DNA of 64,000 bases from Eledone cirrhosa (GCA_964016885.1 OZ024741.1:208754001-208818000), one strand, 5' to 3'; positions 11,633 through 23,736 are shown, counted from the first letter of the stretch. The notes: generated by a model not told the origin, from the sequence alone. Translations and numbers: made by a program.

Positions 11633-11843
11633 GTATATGTATATATATATGCAAGTATATATATATATATACTTGCGTATATGTGTGCGTGTGTGCACAT
11701 AAACGTAAGTGTGTGTGTTTTTAATTAGAACAAATTGCTCATCTCCATCATCATCGGCATAATCATGTAATCTAAGTGAAAACTGTACGTACTAACCTTT
11801 CTCTCTACAGATGTAACACACTGTGGGTGGCCAATGGGTGTGT

Positions 11844-11880
<37 letters not shown>

Positions 11881-12039
11881 AGTGTATGTGTGTATATCAG
11901 TGTTAGTGTGGTGTGGTGTGTGCATCAATGTCTTTTGTGGTCTGTGCATATGTCAGAGTATGTGTAAGTGTATAGGTCCAGTGTAATAAGGTATGGTGTG
12001 TATGTGTGTGTCAGTATGATGTCTCTATCTATATAGTCT

Positions 12040-12925
12040 GGTGTGTGTGTGTGTGCGTGTGTGTTTATCAGGGTATTTTGTAATGTGACACTATTGTGTG
12101 GCATGTGAATGAGTGTATATGTTTGGTTAGGTAATGAGTGTGCATGTGTGTATGTGTGTATGTGTGTGTGTGAATGTGTGTGTGTGCGAGCGAACGAGTG
12201 TGTGGATGTATGTGTGTGAATGTGTGCGTGTTGTATGCGAACGAGGGCGTGAGTGTGTGTGAATGAGTGTGCGTATGTGAATGAGTGTGTGCGTGTGAAT
12301 GAGTGTGTATGTGAATGTGTGTATGTGTGTATGGATGTGGGAATGAGTGTGCGTGTGTGTGTGTGTGAATGAGTGTGCGTGTGTGTGTGTGTGTGTGTGA
12401 ATGTACGTGTGGGTTGTATGCGAACGAGTGCGTGAGTGAGCGTGTGTGAATGAGTGTGCGTGAGTGTGTGTGTGTGAATGTGCGTGTGGGTTGTATGCGA
12501 ACGAGTGCGTGAGTGAGTGTGTGTGAATGAGTGTGTGTGAATGTGTGTGTGTGTGTGTGAATGAGTGTATGTGTGTGGATGAGTGCGTGCGTGTGTGAAT
12601 GAGTGAGTGTGTGTGAATGAGTGTGTGTGTGTGTGAATGAGTGTGTGTGTGAGAGTGTGAATGGGTGTGTGTGCGTTGCATGCGAATGAGTATGTGTGTG
12701 AATGCGTGTGTGTGTGAATGTGTGTGTGTGTGTGTGTGTGAATGAGTGAATGCGTGTGAATGTGTGTGTGTGCCTGCGTGTATGTGTGTATATGTGTGTG
12801 TGTGAATGAATGTGTATGTGTGTGAATGAGTGTGTTTGTGTGAATGTGTGCGTGTGTGTGAGAATGAGTGAATACGTGTGAATGTGTGTGTGTGTATGCG
12901 TGTATATGTGTGCGTGTTTGTGTGT
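12040..12925. repeat. Complex GT-rich satellite (TGTGAATGAG-type units)
   Basis: Direct reading. Confidence 0.9.
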
Positions 12926-13254
12926 ATTATTGGTGTTATGTGTTATTTTGCATCAATGTATCTTTAACAATACAAACATTATAATTTCACCATTCACTAC
13001 TTTCTATATTATATTATACACTATATTATTTTATACATATTATATTATATTATACACAACAGAGACTCTATCTCCATCATCACCATCATCAACATCATCG
13101 CCACCACTACCATCATCATCACCATAATCAATGCCACCATCACCACTATCAACATCGCTATCGTCATCATCAGCTTCATTATCATCCATTATTATCATCA
13201 TTATCATCATCATCAACGTCGTCATATAGAATATGCTTTCAAATAACTCTTATT

Positions 13255-13288
<34 letters not shown>

Positions 13289-13309
13289 GTGTATATATGT
13301 GTGTGTTTG

Positions 13310-13680
<371 letters not shown>

Positions 13681-13707
13681 TTTTATTAAGGTTGAATAGA
13701 AAGTTTT

Positions 13708-13906
13708 ATAGGAAAAGAGTCAGGACACCGACGGCTGAGCTCCAGTCGTTTCTGCAGCTAAATCCGAACAGGATCTAGCTGTCGAAACGGTCGGAGCTCA
13801 GCCGTGGGGTCCTCACTCTTTTCCTATTACCCACTCTACTACCCTAAGTATTGAGTACTCTGGTGCGTTATGGTCCACTTGGTATCTTACCACACCCTCT
13901 TTGTTA
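13708..13906. repeat. Hairpin-plus-tail short repeat, copy 1
   Basis: ~120-bp palindrome ATAGGAAAAG...CTTTTCCTAT followed by an ~80-bp tail; homologous to 14392-14577 and 56022-56218. Confidence 0.8.
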
Positions 13907-14357
13907 TATGTATATATATCTCCCCCTTCTCTCTCCTTGTATGTCTTACTTTCATTCACCCCCTCTGCTGGTCACCCTCTCTCGTCTAGCCTCTTCCTCA
14001 CACTTTCACTCTCTCACTCTCTGCTAGTCACCCCCTCTCACTCCCACTCTGACCTGTGTGAAATTCTTTTCTCGCTCACATTTCGCATGGTTTGGATGCG
14101 TCTTTCGTCTTCTCGTCAATGATTCGCCAGATCTTATGTTCACTTGTATCACTGACTTGATTTTTCACCCTTTACATTGCCTTACCATTCTTGTTTGTGT
14201 ACATGTCTCTCTTTCTCCATCCAATTCTTTTTATCCCAATAACTTTATGTAGTTATTGCGCTGGCCTGAGGTATATGATATTTAATGCGAAGAAATACCT
14301 ATGATGGCAGAAGATCACTGATGACGGATAGTCCTGGCTTCTTACACTATTTTCTAA

Positions 14358-14391
<34 letters not shown>

Positions 14392-14394
<3 letters not shown>

Positions 14395-14572
14395 CGAAGG
14401 AGTTGTGGTAAGGAACCAGATGGACCATAACGCACCAAAGTACTCAATACTTAGGGTAATAGGAAAATGTATGACCCCGACGGCAGAGCTCAAGCTGTTT
14501 CGACGGCTATTTCTGGACCCAGAAATAGCCGTCGAAACGGCTTGTGCTCTGTCGTCGGGGTATTACATTTTC

Positions 14573-14577
<5 letters not shown>
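14392..14577. repeat. Hairpin-plus-tail short repeat, copy 2 (opposite orientation to copy 1)
   Basis: Tail then palindrome AATAGGAAAA...TTTTCCTATT, between (TA)n tracts. Confidence 0.8.
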
Positions 14578-14620
<43 letters not shown>

Positions 14621-14840
14621 CGTTTCTGAATTTGTTTAGCAAGATTATTTATCTGAAATCGTGTGTTGAAACCGATATTGTTATACTTTGGGAGGGTCAT
14701 GTTGCCAATAAGAAACACACGCACCAGTTGCTTTCACTTCAATTTATTATATATTTATAAATTTATAAACTTACAAATCTACAAACTTATAAATTTCTGG
14801 TTGGTTGGTTGGTTCCACAACCAGATAGTTGTTTATATAT

Positions 14841-14885
14841 AGTCATAGTCCTTTCGTCACACACTCTGTGACCTCTTCAGTGACT
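14841..14885 (-). ncRNA. Type I hammerhead ribozyme (PLE-2 pLTR)
   Basis: Mirror copy of 17675-17719. Confidence 0.8.
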
Positions 14886-15115
14886 GGGGATTCCTTTCTT
14901 TGTTTCTGTGCCTTTCCTTTCTTCTATCCTACGCCATTTTGTTTCTGTGTGTGTGTTGTGTGCTCAGTTTGCGCATGCGCCACATCCGGGTATCTGTGTG
15001 TGTTTGTGTTCATTTATCTATTTGTTTATTTATTTATTTATTTATTGTTGGTTGGTTGTTTGTTCTATGTGTGTGTGTGTTTTCATTTTGTCCTGTGTGT
15101 GTTTTCATTTTGTCC

Positions 15116-16174
15116 TTAATTGTAAGTTGTGATGTTGCTGTTCCACTCATATTTTCTATTTAATTTTGGTTGTAATTCTTTTATGCTTACTGCCTCTGTA
15201 ATTTGCCTAAACATTGCATCTTTTCTGTGTGTGGATTCTATTTTTATTTCTATGTTCTCTAATCTACCCCTGTGTTCTATCTTAGCATGTTGGTAGAGCA
15301 CAGATGATTCTTTATTATCTTGAAGGTCTCGCCAGTGTTCATTTATTCGTTCCCCTATACTACGAGCTGTCTCTCCTATGTACACTATATTTTTGTTTCT
15401 ACATTGTCCTTCAGTACATCTTATGCTATACACTACATTTCTAGTTTTACAGTTAATATGGGGGCTTATTTTACAGGTTATACATTTCTTATCTATACAT
15501 GAGGGTCTTTGGAACGGGTATGTCTTGCTAATAAGTCTTTTTACGGAGGTACCTGGTCTTTCTACTATCTTAATATTGAGTTTATGTTTATTTAGGGCCC
15601 TTCTAAATGTGTAGGCTAGTTCGCCTCTAGGGGTTGTATTGATGAACATTACACTCTGGTATTTATTGCTATCATACCATGAGTTTATTCTATTGGCCTT
15701 GTTCCTAGTTCTTTCTATTATATTCCAAAATTTTCTCCTATACAAGGGGCAGGTCCCATTTATGTCATTATTTACCATTTTTTCCCATTTGGTTCTGGCT
15801 CCTCTATACACTCTGATTCTATCTCTCTGATTGTAGCCAGAGAACTGCATACGGTGGATGAAGTGTTGTATGTGTCTCTCTAGTTCTTCGGGGCTGCACA
15901 TGCGGGACACATTTCTCATCACCCGTACCAAATCCGCAATCAGTATGTTGATTTTGGTATGGTCCGAAATGGCCGAGTTTCGGTGGATCAGATGTTTGGA
16001 AGTCATGGGTTTGGCATAATGGGAATGGAGGATTTGTTTTTGGTTGTTAATGGTATCTAACCAGAGCTCTGTGTCTAGTACAGGTAATCGATGGTTGGGG
16101 TGTCTACTTGGGTAGTCTATAGTAACTCTAATGCTCTGGTGGATGGAGTTTGCTATTTGCTGGATGCTTTCCAT
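15116..16174 (-). CDS. PLE-2 RT thumb plus GIY-YIG endonuclease (fragment)
   Basis: LPVLD, HYAKPM, RMQFSGY, C..C...C..C, NVVYSIRC...VYIGETARSIGERINEH, RQITEAV, PKLN. Confidence 0.88.
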   Translation of the reverse strand: MESIQQIANSIHQSIRVTIDYPSRHPNHRLPVLDTELWLDTINNQKQILHSHYAKPMTSKHLIHRNSAISDHTKINILIADLVRVMRNVSRMCSPEELERHIQHFIHRMQFSGYNQRDRIRVYRGARTKWEKMVNNDINGTCPLYRRKFWNIIERTRNKANRINSWYDSNKYQSVMFINTTPRGELAYTFRRALNKHKLNIKIVERPGTSVKRLISKTYPFQRPSCIDKKCITCKISPHINCKTRNVVYSIRCTEGQCRNKNIVYIGETARSIGERINEHWRDLQDNKESSVLYQHAKIEHRGRLENIEIKIESTHRKDAMFRQITEAVSIKELQPKLNRKYEWNSNITTYN

Positions 16175-16203
16175 TGTGTTTTTCTCTAGTTACTGACTGT
16201 TCT

Positions 16204-16560
16204 TTAGTGGGGTGTCTTAACTACGATGTTTATATCATCTACGTAGCGGGAGTACATTATCAGGGTTAAGCTGTCTTCTAATTGTTCTTTAAGTTTTTGT
16301 TTAAGTCTACTGTCCCACCATACCATGAATAAGTTAGCTATGTCGCCTGCAATGCTAACACCAATGGCTGCTCCTTCCTCTTGGGCATATGTCTTACCAT
16401 TAAATTTGAACATATGTTCCTTAAGGGTTAATTTTATGCTGGCCCCTACCGCATGTGCAATCATTTTCTTCAGTTCATCGTGGTTTTCGGGTGTCCGTAT
16501 GGCTCTGGTCCACCCGTTCCATCTATCTGTGTGGGTTTTCTTGGCCATTGAGGTAATGGT
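16204..16560 (-). pseudogene. PLE-2 RT core fragment
   Basis: FKFNGKTYAQEEGAAIGVSIAGDIANLFM...YSRYVDD. Confidence 0.85.
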
Positions 16561-16593
16561 AGGTGGTCTGCCTCTTGCTGGTCTGCCTCTTGC

Positions 16594-17444
16594 CGGACCA
16601 TACCAAAATCAACATACTGATTGCGGATTTGGTACGGGTGATGAGAAATGTGTCCCGCATGTGCAGCCCCGAAGAACTAGAGAGACACATACAACACTTC
16701 ATCCACCGTATGCAGTTCTCTGGCTACAATCAGAAAGATAGAATCAGAGTGTATAGAGGAGCCAGAACCAAATGGGAAAAAATGGTAAATAATGACATAA
16801 ATGGGACCTGCCCCTTGTATAGGAGCAAATTTTGGAATATAATAGAAAGAACTAGGAACAAGGCCAATAGAATAAACTCATGGTATGATAGCAATAAATA
16901 CCAGAGTGTAATGTTCATCAATACAACCCCTAGAGGCGAACTAGCCTACAAATTTAGAAGGGCCCTAAATAAACATAAACTCAATATTAAGATAGTAGAA
17001 AGACCAGGTACCTCCGTAAAAAGACTTATTAGCAAGACATACCCGTTCCAAAGACCCTCATGTATAGATAAGAAATGTATAACCTGTAAAATAAGCCCCC
17101 ATATTAACTGTAAAACTAGAAATGTAGTGTATAGCATAAGATGTACTGAAGGACAATGTAGAAACAAAAATATAGTGTACATAGGAGAGACAGCTCGTAG
17201 TATAGGGGAACGAATAAATGAACACTGGCGAGACCTTCAAGATAATAAAGAATCATCTGTGCTCTACCAACATGCTAAGATAGAACACAGGGGTAGATTA
17301 GAGAACATAGAAATAAAAATAGAATCCACACACAGAAAAGATGCAATGTTTAGGCAAATTACAGAGGCAGTAAGCATAAAAGAATTACAACCAAAATTAA
17401 ATAGAAAATATGAGTGGAACAGCAACATCACAACTTACAATTAA
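16594..17444 (+). pseudogene. Inverted duplicate of the PLE-2 thumb/GIY-YIG region
   Basis: Protein nearly identical to the C-terminal ~280 aa of 15116..16174. Confidence 0.88.
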
Positions 17445-17674
17445 GGACAAAATGAAAACACACACAGGACAAAATGAAAACACACACACACATAGAACAA
17501 ACAACCAACCAACAATAAATAAATAAATAAATAAACAAATAGATAAATGAACACAAACACACACAGATACCCGGATGTGGCGCATGCGCAAACTGAGCAC
17601 ACAACACACACACAGAAACAAAATGGCGTAGGATAGAAGAAAGGAAAGGCACAGAAACAAAGAAAGGAATCCCC

Positions 17675-17719
17675 AGTCACTGAAGAGGTCACAGAGTGTG
17701 TGACGAAAGGACTATGACT
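17675..17719 (+). ncRNA. Type I hammerhead ribozyme (PLE-2 pLTR)
   Basis: AGTCA-CTGAAGA-G-GTCACA-GAGTG-TGTGAC-GAAA-GGAC-TA-TGACT. Confidence 0.8.
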
Positions 17720-17880
17720 ATATATAAACAACTATCTGGTTGTGGAACCAACCAACCAACCAGAAATTTATAAGTTTGTAGATTTGTAAATTTATAAATT
17801 TATAAATATATAATAAATTGAAATGAAAGCAACTGGTGCGTGTGTTTCTTATTGGCAACATGACCCTCCCAAAGTATAAC

Positions 17881-17971
<91 letters not shown>

Positions 17972-17976
17972 GGTAT

Positions 17977-18082
<106 letters not shown>

Positions 18083-18334
18083 ATACCTATGTGGTTAACG
18101 GCTGAGAGAAAGGTTTACTCAATACCGAAGTAGAGTTTTAATATTCATAGGGCTAAATAGAGAGATCTGTCAATCTGAGTTATTCCAAGCTCATCAGTCG
18201 AAACTCAAGAATACTATGTCTTACTATTTAGCCTTAATAATATGAATATATATATATAAAGGTAGCGAAGCAAGCGGTTATTAAACAATTTTCTAAATAA
18301 ATTAAAAAATTATTAAATAACCACCTGTTCAGAC

Positions 18335-18415
18335 GCTGTTACCGACGGTTTCATCATTCCGAAAGATTGAAAATCCAACGAATTTCCAATGGAAAGAAAT
18401 GAATCTTCAGACAGC
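18335..18415 (-). ncRNA. Type I hammerhead with an enlarged loop II, in a probable solo pLTR (~18250-18625)
   Basis: Minus strand GCTGT-CTGAAGA-T-TCATTTC...GGAATGA-T-GAAA-CCGTCGG-TA-ACAGC. Confidence 0.7.
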
Positions 18416-18627
18416 CCTATTTCCACGCCATAAGGTATCAAGCCTAATAGCAAGTAAATAGTATGCTCCCTGCCCAACGCATGCGGTCAAGCCGTTAAAA
18501 TGATACACACGCATAATCAGGTCGCTGATAAAAGCTGGATATTATAAACATGTCGAATTGCCACTAAAATTAGTAGCATTATTCAACGTTTTGTTCTCTA
18601 CATAAGGAGAATAACTATAGAAGTGGA

Positions 18628-18713
<86 letters not shown>

Positions 18714-18899
18714 GAATTTACAGTAGACAACGAAAAGAAATCAGTTCATACAAAAAATATATTCTATTTTTTGATAGGTGTCTTTGAAGAAATAATTGTG
18801 ATATATACCAGTGTATATATATATATATCACTTTGATAACGTTATACGTTTTGGTTAGTATTGGCCCAGGCCAAAATCATGTTACACACGTAAGTCATA

Positions 18900-19800
18900 C
18901 TTTTGATACCTTAACTCACTTAAATATAAAGTTTTTAACGGCGGAAATATAACCGACTGAAAGCGTTTTATCTGGAATTTCTTGAAGAATTTGGTTCAAG
19001 AATCATTTGAATGTTTTCGGACCTTTTTCTAATGTGATGTATTTCGGTAAGATATTAAAGAGAGTTGAGATGAAACAATTCTATCGTAATGTTATCGTGA
19101 TGCGAGCTCTAATTTTGTAGTAGATGATGGTATGGGGATCAAGCCTTTGGTAACTTTAGAAGTTGATGTCAGCATCATTTTGGCAATATTGATTAAATAT
19201 TTTTCACATTTTATAAATGATGCGGCACTCATGGCGATGTTTTAGAGAATGATAGCTTTTTGTTTATTTTAATTGACCTCTGGGGTGCTTCAATTTGCAG
19301 CTAATTTATTTCGTGTGGGGTGCCCAGAGTATGCAATAGTATTTAAGATGGAGCTAAACAAAGTTAGTGAAGAGAAACGTAATGATATCAGAATCTTTAG
19401 ACTAGGAAGTTCTAATGATCCAGAAAGACGTCAACTTAGTTGTTCATGAGCGTATTACAGCAAATGCTATTAGGCTGAGATATGTTGTGCTATTTCATAC
19501 CATCAGGGTTTTTGCTGAGGGAAAATAATACGGTTGTTTAAATACATCAACTTTTCCAAAATTAATTAGTTCAATCTTCTTCGTTTAGCAGCATATTGTA
19601 ATTTTTTGTTTTTTTTTGTTTTGTTATTGTTGAATAACAGTGTATAGATCCGATTGAAAATATTCCCGATCTCTTACTTCGTTGATGATCATTTAGAGGT
19701 TAGAATCATTTGCAAAAATTCTTATTTTGCTGTATTTGATAACGTCTATGATTCCATCTAAACTATAATAAAGGAAGGTCTGCGGGATTGCGTACGGTTT
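18900..19800 (-). pseudogene. Highly degenerate LINE RT relic (CR1/L2-like)
   Basis: Minus strand near 19700-19780 reads ...DVIKYSKIRIFANDS, resembling the FADD region; many stops. Confidence 0.4.
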
Positions 19801-19852
19801 ATATTTTTATATCCCGTTTGTAAAATAAGTTGGATTACTTTGAATAAATAAT

Positions 19853-20036
19853 TGTTTCTACTTTAGGCACAAGGCCAGCAATTACCCAGTGCATTACTGG
19901 TACTTTATTTTATCGACCCCGTAAGGATGAAAGGCAAAGTCAACCTCGGCGGGATTTGAACTCAGATCGTAAAGGGACATAACTATGCTGGAAAGCATGG
20001 CGTCCGACCCTCTACCGATACTGCCAATCCACCGCC
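19853..20036 (-). mobile_element. Full-length tRNA-derived SINE with a 15-bp TSD
   Basis: Starts GGCGGTGGATTGGCAGTATCGG; B-box GAGTTCAAATCC; TSD CTTTGAATAAATAAT at 19838-19852 and 20037-20051. Confidence 0.92.
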
Positions 20037-20516
20037 CTTTGAATAAATAATGAATGAATATTACATAATTTATCTACTCAATTTCGTAAAGAAAAATAAT
20101 TTAAAATTGACTTCTTTTCAAAGTTGCACTTCCGGTCGCCACCACCACCACTTCAACTACCATATATATAGAAAGAGTGAGTGTGTGATATCAACATTTC
20201 TGGTGGCGATCGCTTAAATAAACATACTAATTTTCTGTTACTAATTTTCTTCTAATGCAGTTTATATATAATATCGTCTTTTTTAATGTATCATGGATTA
20301 CGTTACTGATTACATACGACAGTGTAACGCAGTCTTTGTTCAATTTCTGTGTATATTGTCAATTACGATTTTATTTCATGTATCATATCTACATGTATAT
20401 ATACCTGCGTATAATATCAATATACACACTACACATGCTAGCAGAAAACCACACGAAAGGTGGTTTTTCTGCTAGTAAATATAAATAAGGAAGTGCTGTG
20501 TATTCTGAGAAAGTCT

Positions 20517-20558
<42 letters not shown>

Positions 20559-20562
<4 letters not shown>

Positions 20563-20980
20563 TGTATATACAGTGTATTTTGCAATACACTTTATGCTTA
20601 ATTAAAAGCATTTTGAAGACCTTGCGCTATTGTTTTAAAGTAGTGACTATGTACTTACTTCTATTTTCAGCAAACAAGGGAAGATAAGCTGACAGAGGTC
20701 TGTTTCGTACGGTTGGTACTTATCAAAGCCTAGCACTCCCTTGTCTGCTGAAAATTATGAATGTTGGATTCTTATAGAATTCCAGTAATAATCAGGAACT
20801 GATTATACAGAGCGGTTGCCGGCCCAGCAAAAATTGAAAATTAGAATGGGTGCTCTGAAATAGCGATATATATATGAATGTATATATAGTGTATTGCAAA
20901 ATACACTAATAGCGTAAAGTTTTCAAAATGCTTTTAATTAAGCATATAGTGTATTGCAAAATACACTACATATACATTCA
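20559..20980 (-). mobile_element. Small non-coding PLE-type remnant with inverted ends and a hammerhead-like motif
   Basis: 20559-20632 inverted at ~20908-20980; hammerhead-like fold at 20686-20731; terminus homologous to 55905-56012. Confidence 0.65.
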
Positions 20981-20992
20981 TTTCATATATAG

Positions 20993-21072
<80 letters not shown>

Positions 21073-22025
21073 ATATATATATATTCGATTTCCATTACAT
21101 TATTCACCTATATATGTGACTATATACGATGGGGGTTAATTCACCATAATAATACGAACACCTTCAGCACAACTTAATAGACTACTCTATAGTTAAAACA
21201 CTTTATGCTTTAGAAATGTTTTAGAAGTTGCGCACAACCATAGAAATTAGGGACTATTTTGAGACACATTTCAATAGTTAGTAATAGAAACCTCGGAGTT
21301 ACCTCCCCTCATGCATTAACCCCCCTTAGCCACACACACACTTCCGGGTAGTATTCAATGTCGATTCTCGAAACGTAACAGCCTCCTGTATTGAACATCA
21401 GAATACGATTCTCTAACTGGATTGTCAAACGCTCAATATCGAATTGTCGTGGATTATGTGAGGGGAATATAATCTGAAAAATACACTCCCCTGACTATGA
21501 AAATGTCGAAGTACATGAAGTCCATAACATCCCTTCGCTGCTGTGCATTTCCAATACTTTTAATATTTTTAATGATTGCACTATTTTTAATGCTTACATC
21601 ATTTCTCCACACACAGACTATAACAATCATATAAAGAATTTGCCACCAGATCAACCAACCTAACACTCTTGTTTACCTACCTAAGTGCTTCTACTACACG
21701 TGACTCTCTGCCACACTATATAAACAAGACGCACGTGCTTGCCACATAACATTTGCACTATATAACCGCTTATTTTCATGTTGTATTTTAACCTGTATTT
21801 TTGATTGTACCTTTTAATATGAATGTAATCTCTAAGTGTGTACTGCCACTCTAAATGGTGTAATGAATGTTGACCCACAATATTTGCATATGTATCTGTA
21901 TGTCTCTTGGGTGAAAGGAGGTCATATAACTGTTCATTCATTAATAAATTGGTCCGAAGAATCCAAACCTCGGTTTGGAGGAAACAGTTGTAAGCACAAA
22001 AATGTTTTGAACAGTTCTTTGATTC

Positions 22026-22088
<63 letters not shown>

Positions 22089-22402
22089 TCATATATATAG
22101 GTGAATAATGTATTGGAGATGGAATAACGCAACATCAAGCGATTAGCGAACTCTAGACCCACATGATCAACGAAACAATTGTCAGTACTTTAAATAAAGC
22201 CCTTATTGCACAGCCAACCACGTTAATCCTCATTCTTTAACTATATATATAGTCATATATATATATAGAATACTATCCAGCCACATATTCCATGAACAAT
22301 ACGAAACGGAATCTTATAACAAGTTGTCTGGCGACACTGAGGATCGATGACATGTTCATATTTATGTATGCATTGCTGTCAGTATTACAGGGTATACAAA
22401 AG

Positions 22403-22564
<162 letters not shown>

Positions 22565-22627
22565 TTCCTGATGATTTCTAAAGAGTGAAATAGTTCTAGT
22601 CCTGTAGAATCTCATCTATATTAAAAC

Positions 22628-22686
<59 letters not shown>

Positions 22687-22794
22687 TTTAATATATCAAC
22701 TAACATAAGCGCACAGATGTACGCCCATGCCAGCAAATACACAGGTTATGTCATAGTACCTAGGTGGTTCAATGCAGGAGGATGCAGAACAATA

Positions 22795-22968
22795 ATATAA
22801 AAGACGTAAAATAAGAAAATCTATTAAAAAAAATTTTTTTTTTAATTTTAACTTACTTACTTAAATGGAGTGAAAATTTTAACTTACTTACTTAAATGAA
22901 GTGAAAATTTAAGTAAGTAAGTTAAAATTTTTTTTTTAAATTCTTTTAATAGATTTTCTTATTTTACG

Positions 22969-23026
<58 letters not shown>

Positions 23027-23090
23027 CGTAAAATAAGAAAATCTATTAAAAAAATTTTTTTAAATAATTTTAACTTACTTACTTAAATTA
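22795..23090. repeat. ~70-bp AT-rich unit in alternating inverted orientation
   Basis: AAAAGACGTAAAATAAGAAAATCTATT...AACTTACTTACTTAAAT at ~22800 (+), ~22908-22975 (-), ~23021 (+). Confidence 0.75.
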
Positions 23091-23117
23091 ATATATACAT
23101 ACATATATATGTATGTA

Positions 23118-23202
<85 letters not shown>

Positions 23203-23204
<2 letters not shown>

Positions 23205-23610
23205 GGAGAGATTACCCCTTAGCCTTTGTCAAGGCAGAATTCTAGGAGAAGGAAAACTCTGATATAACACCTGCAACCCTGATGGTATCCAGTGATGTTG
23301 ACTTGTTCTTCTTTTTGGTAAATATCATGCTGGTTAAGAGAGTGGGACTGGCTTTGTGCAGTGCCTTTGCTCACTATAAAAGCTTCACGGCACAGGCACT
23401 GCTTTATATCTGGAGATCTCTCTGCACTTGTCGTCACAGGGTACCATGGGCCCAGCACTATGTGTCAATAATTGTTACAAGTGCAGTGTTTGTACCAGAG
23501 GTTTCAAGTCGCTGGCTGGACTAAAAAGTCACACTCGTTCAGCGCATCAGTAGGGGTTCTCCTACATGGATATGAAGTAGTGGCGTACTCGAAAACGATT
23601 TGGCAGCCAC

Positions 23611-23612
<2 letters not shown>
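23203..23612 (+). repeat. Second copy of the 10797-11206 repeat
   Basis: Direct sequence comparison. Confidence 0.75.
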
Positions 23613-23692
<80 letters not shown>

Positions 23693-23736
23693 TATATATA
23701 TATATATATTGATATATTTATATATATATATAAATA

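Larger units (their letters stand above)
14675..17883. mobile_element. Penelope-like element PLE-2: 5'-truncated minus-strand copy plus an inverted plus-strand copy of its 3' 1.3 kb
   Basis: 14675-15966 is the near-perfect reverse complement of 16594-17883; RT and GIY-YIG motifs; (TA)n at or near both ends. Confidence 0.92.

Noticed and set aside
14310-14345. CTGATGAC-GGA-TAG-TCC half hammerhead
   Set aside because: No GAAA or cleavage triplet follows; at best a truncated relic
18165-18205. Minus-strand CTGATGAG...CTC hammerhead-like start
   Set aside because: GAAA core missing; cannot be supported
19853-20036. Functional tRNA gene
   Set aside because: A and B boxes are present but there is no cloverleaf; the multi-copy body, tail and TSDs indicate a SINE
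21290-22030. Possible ancient PLE endonuclease relic on the minus strand
   Set aside because: Only vague Cys and LVY-like fragments with many stops; not enough to call
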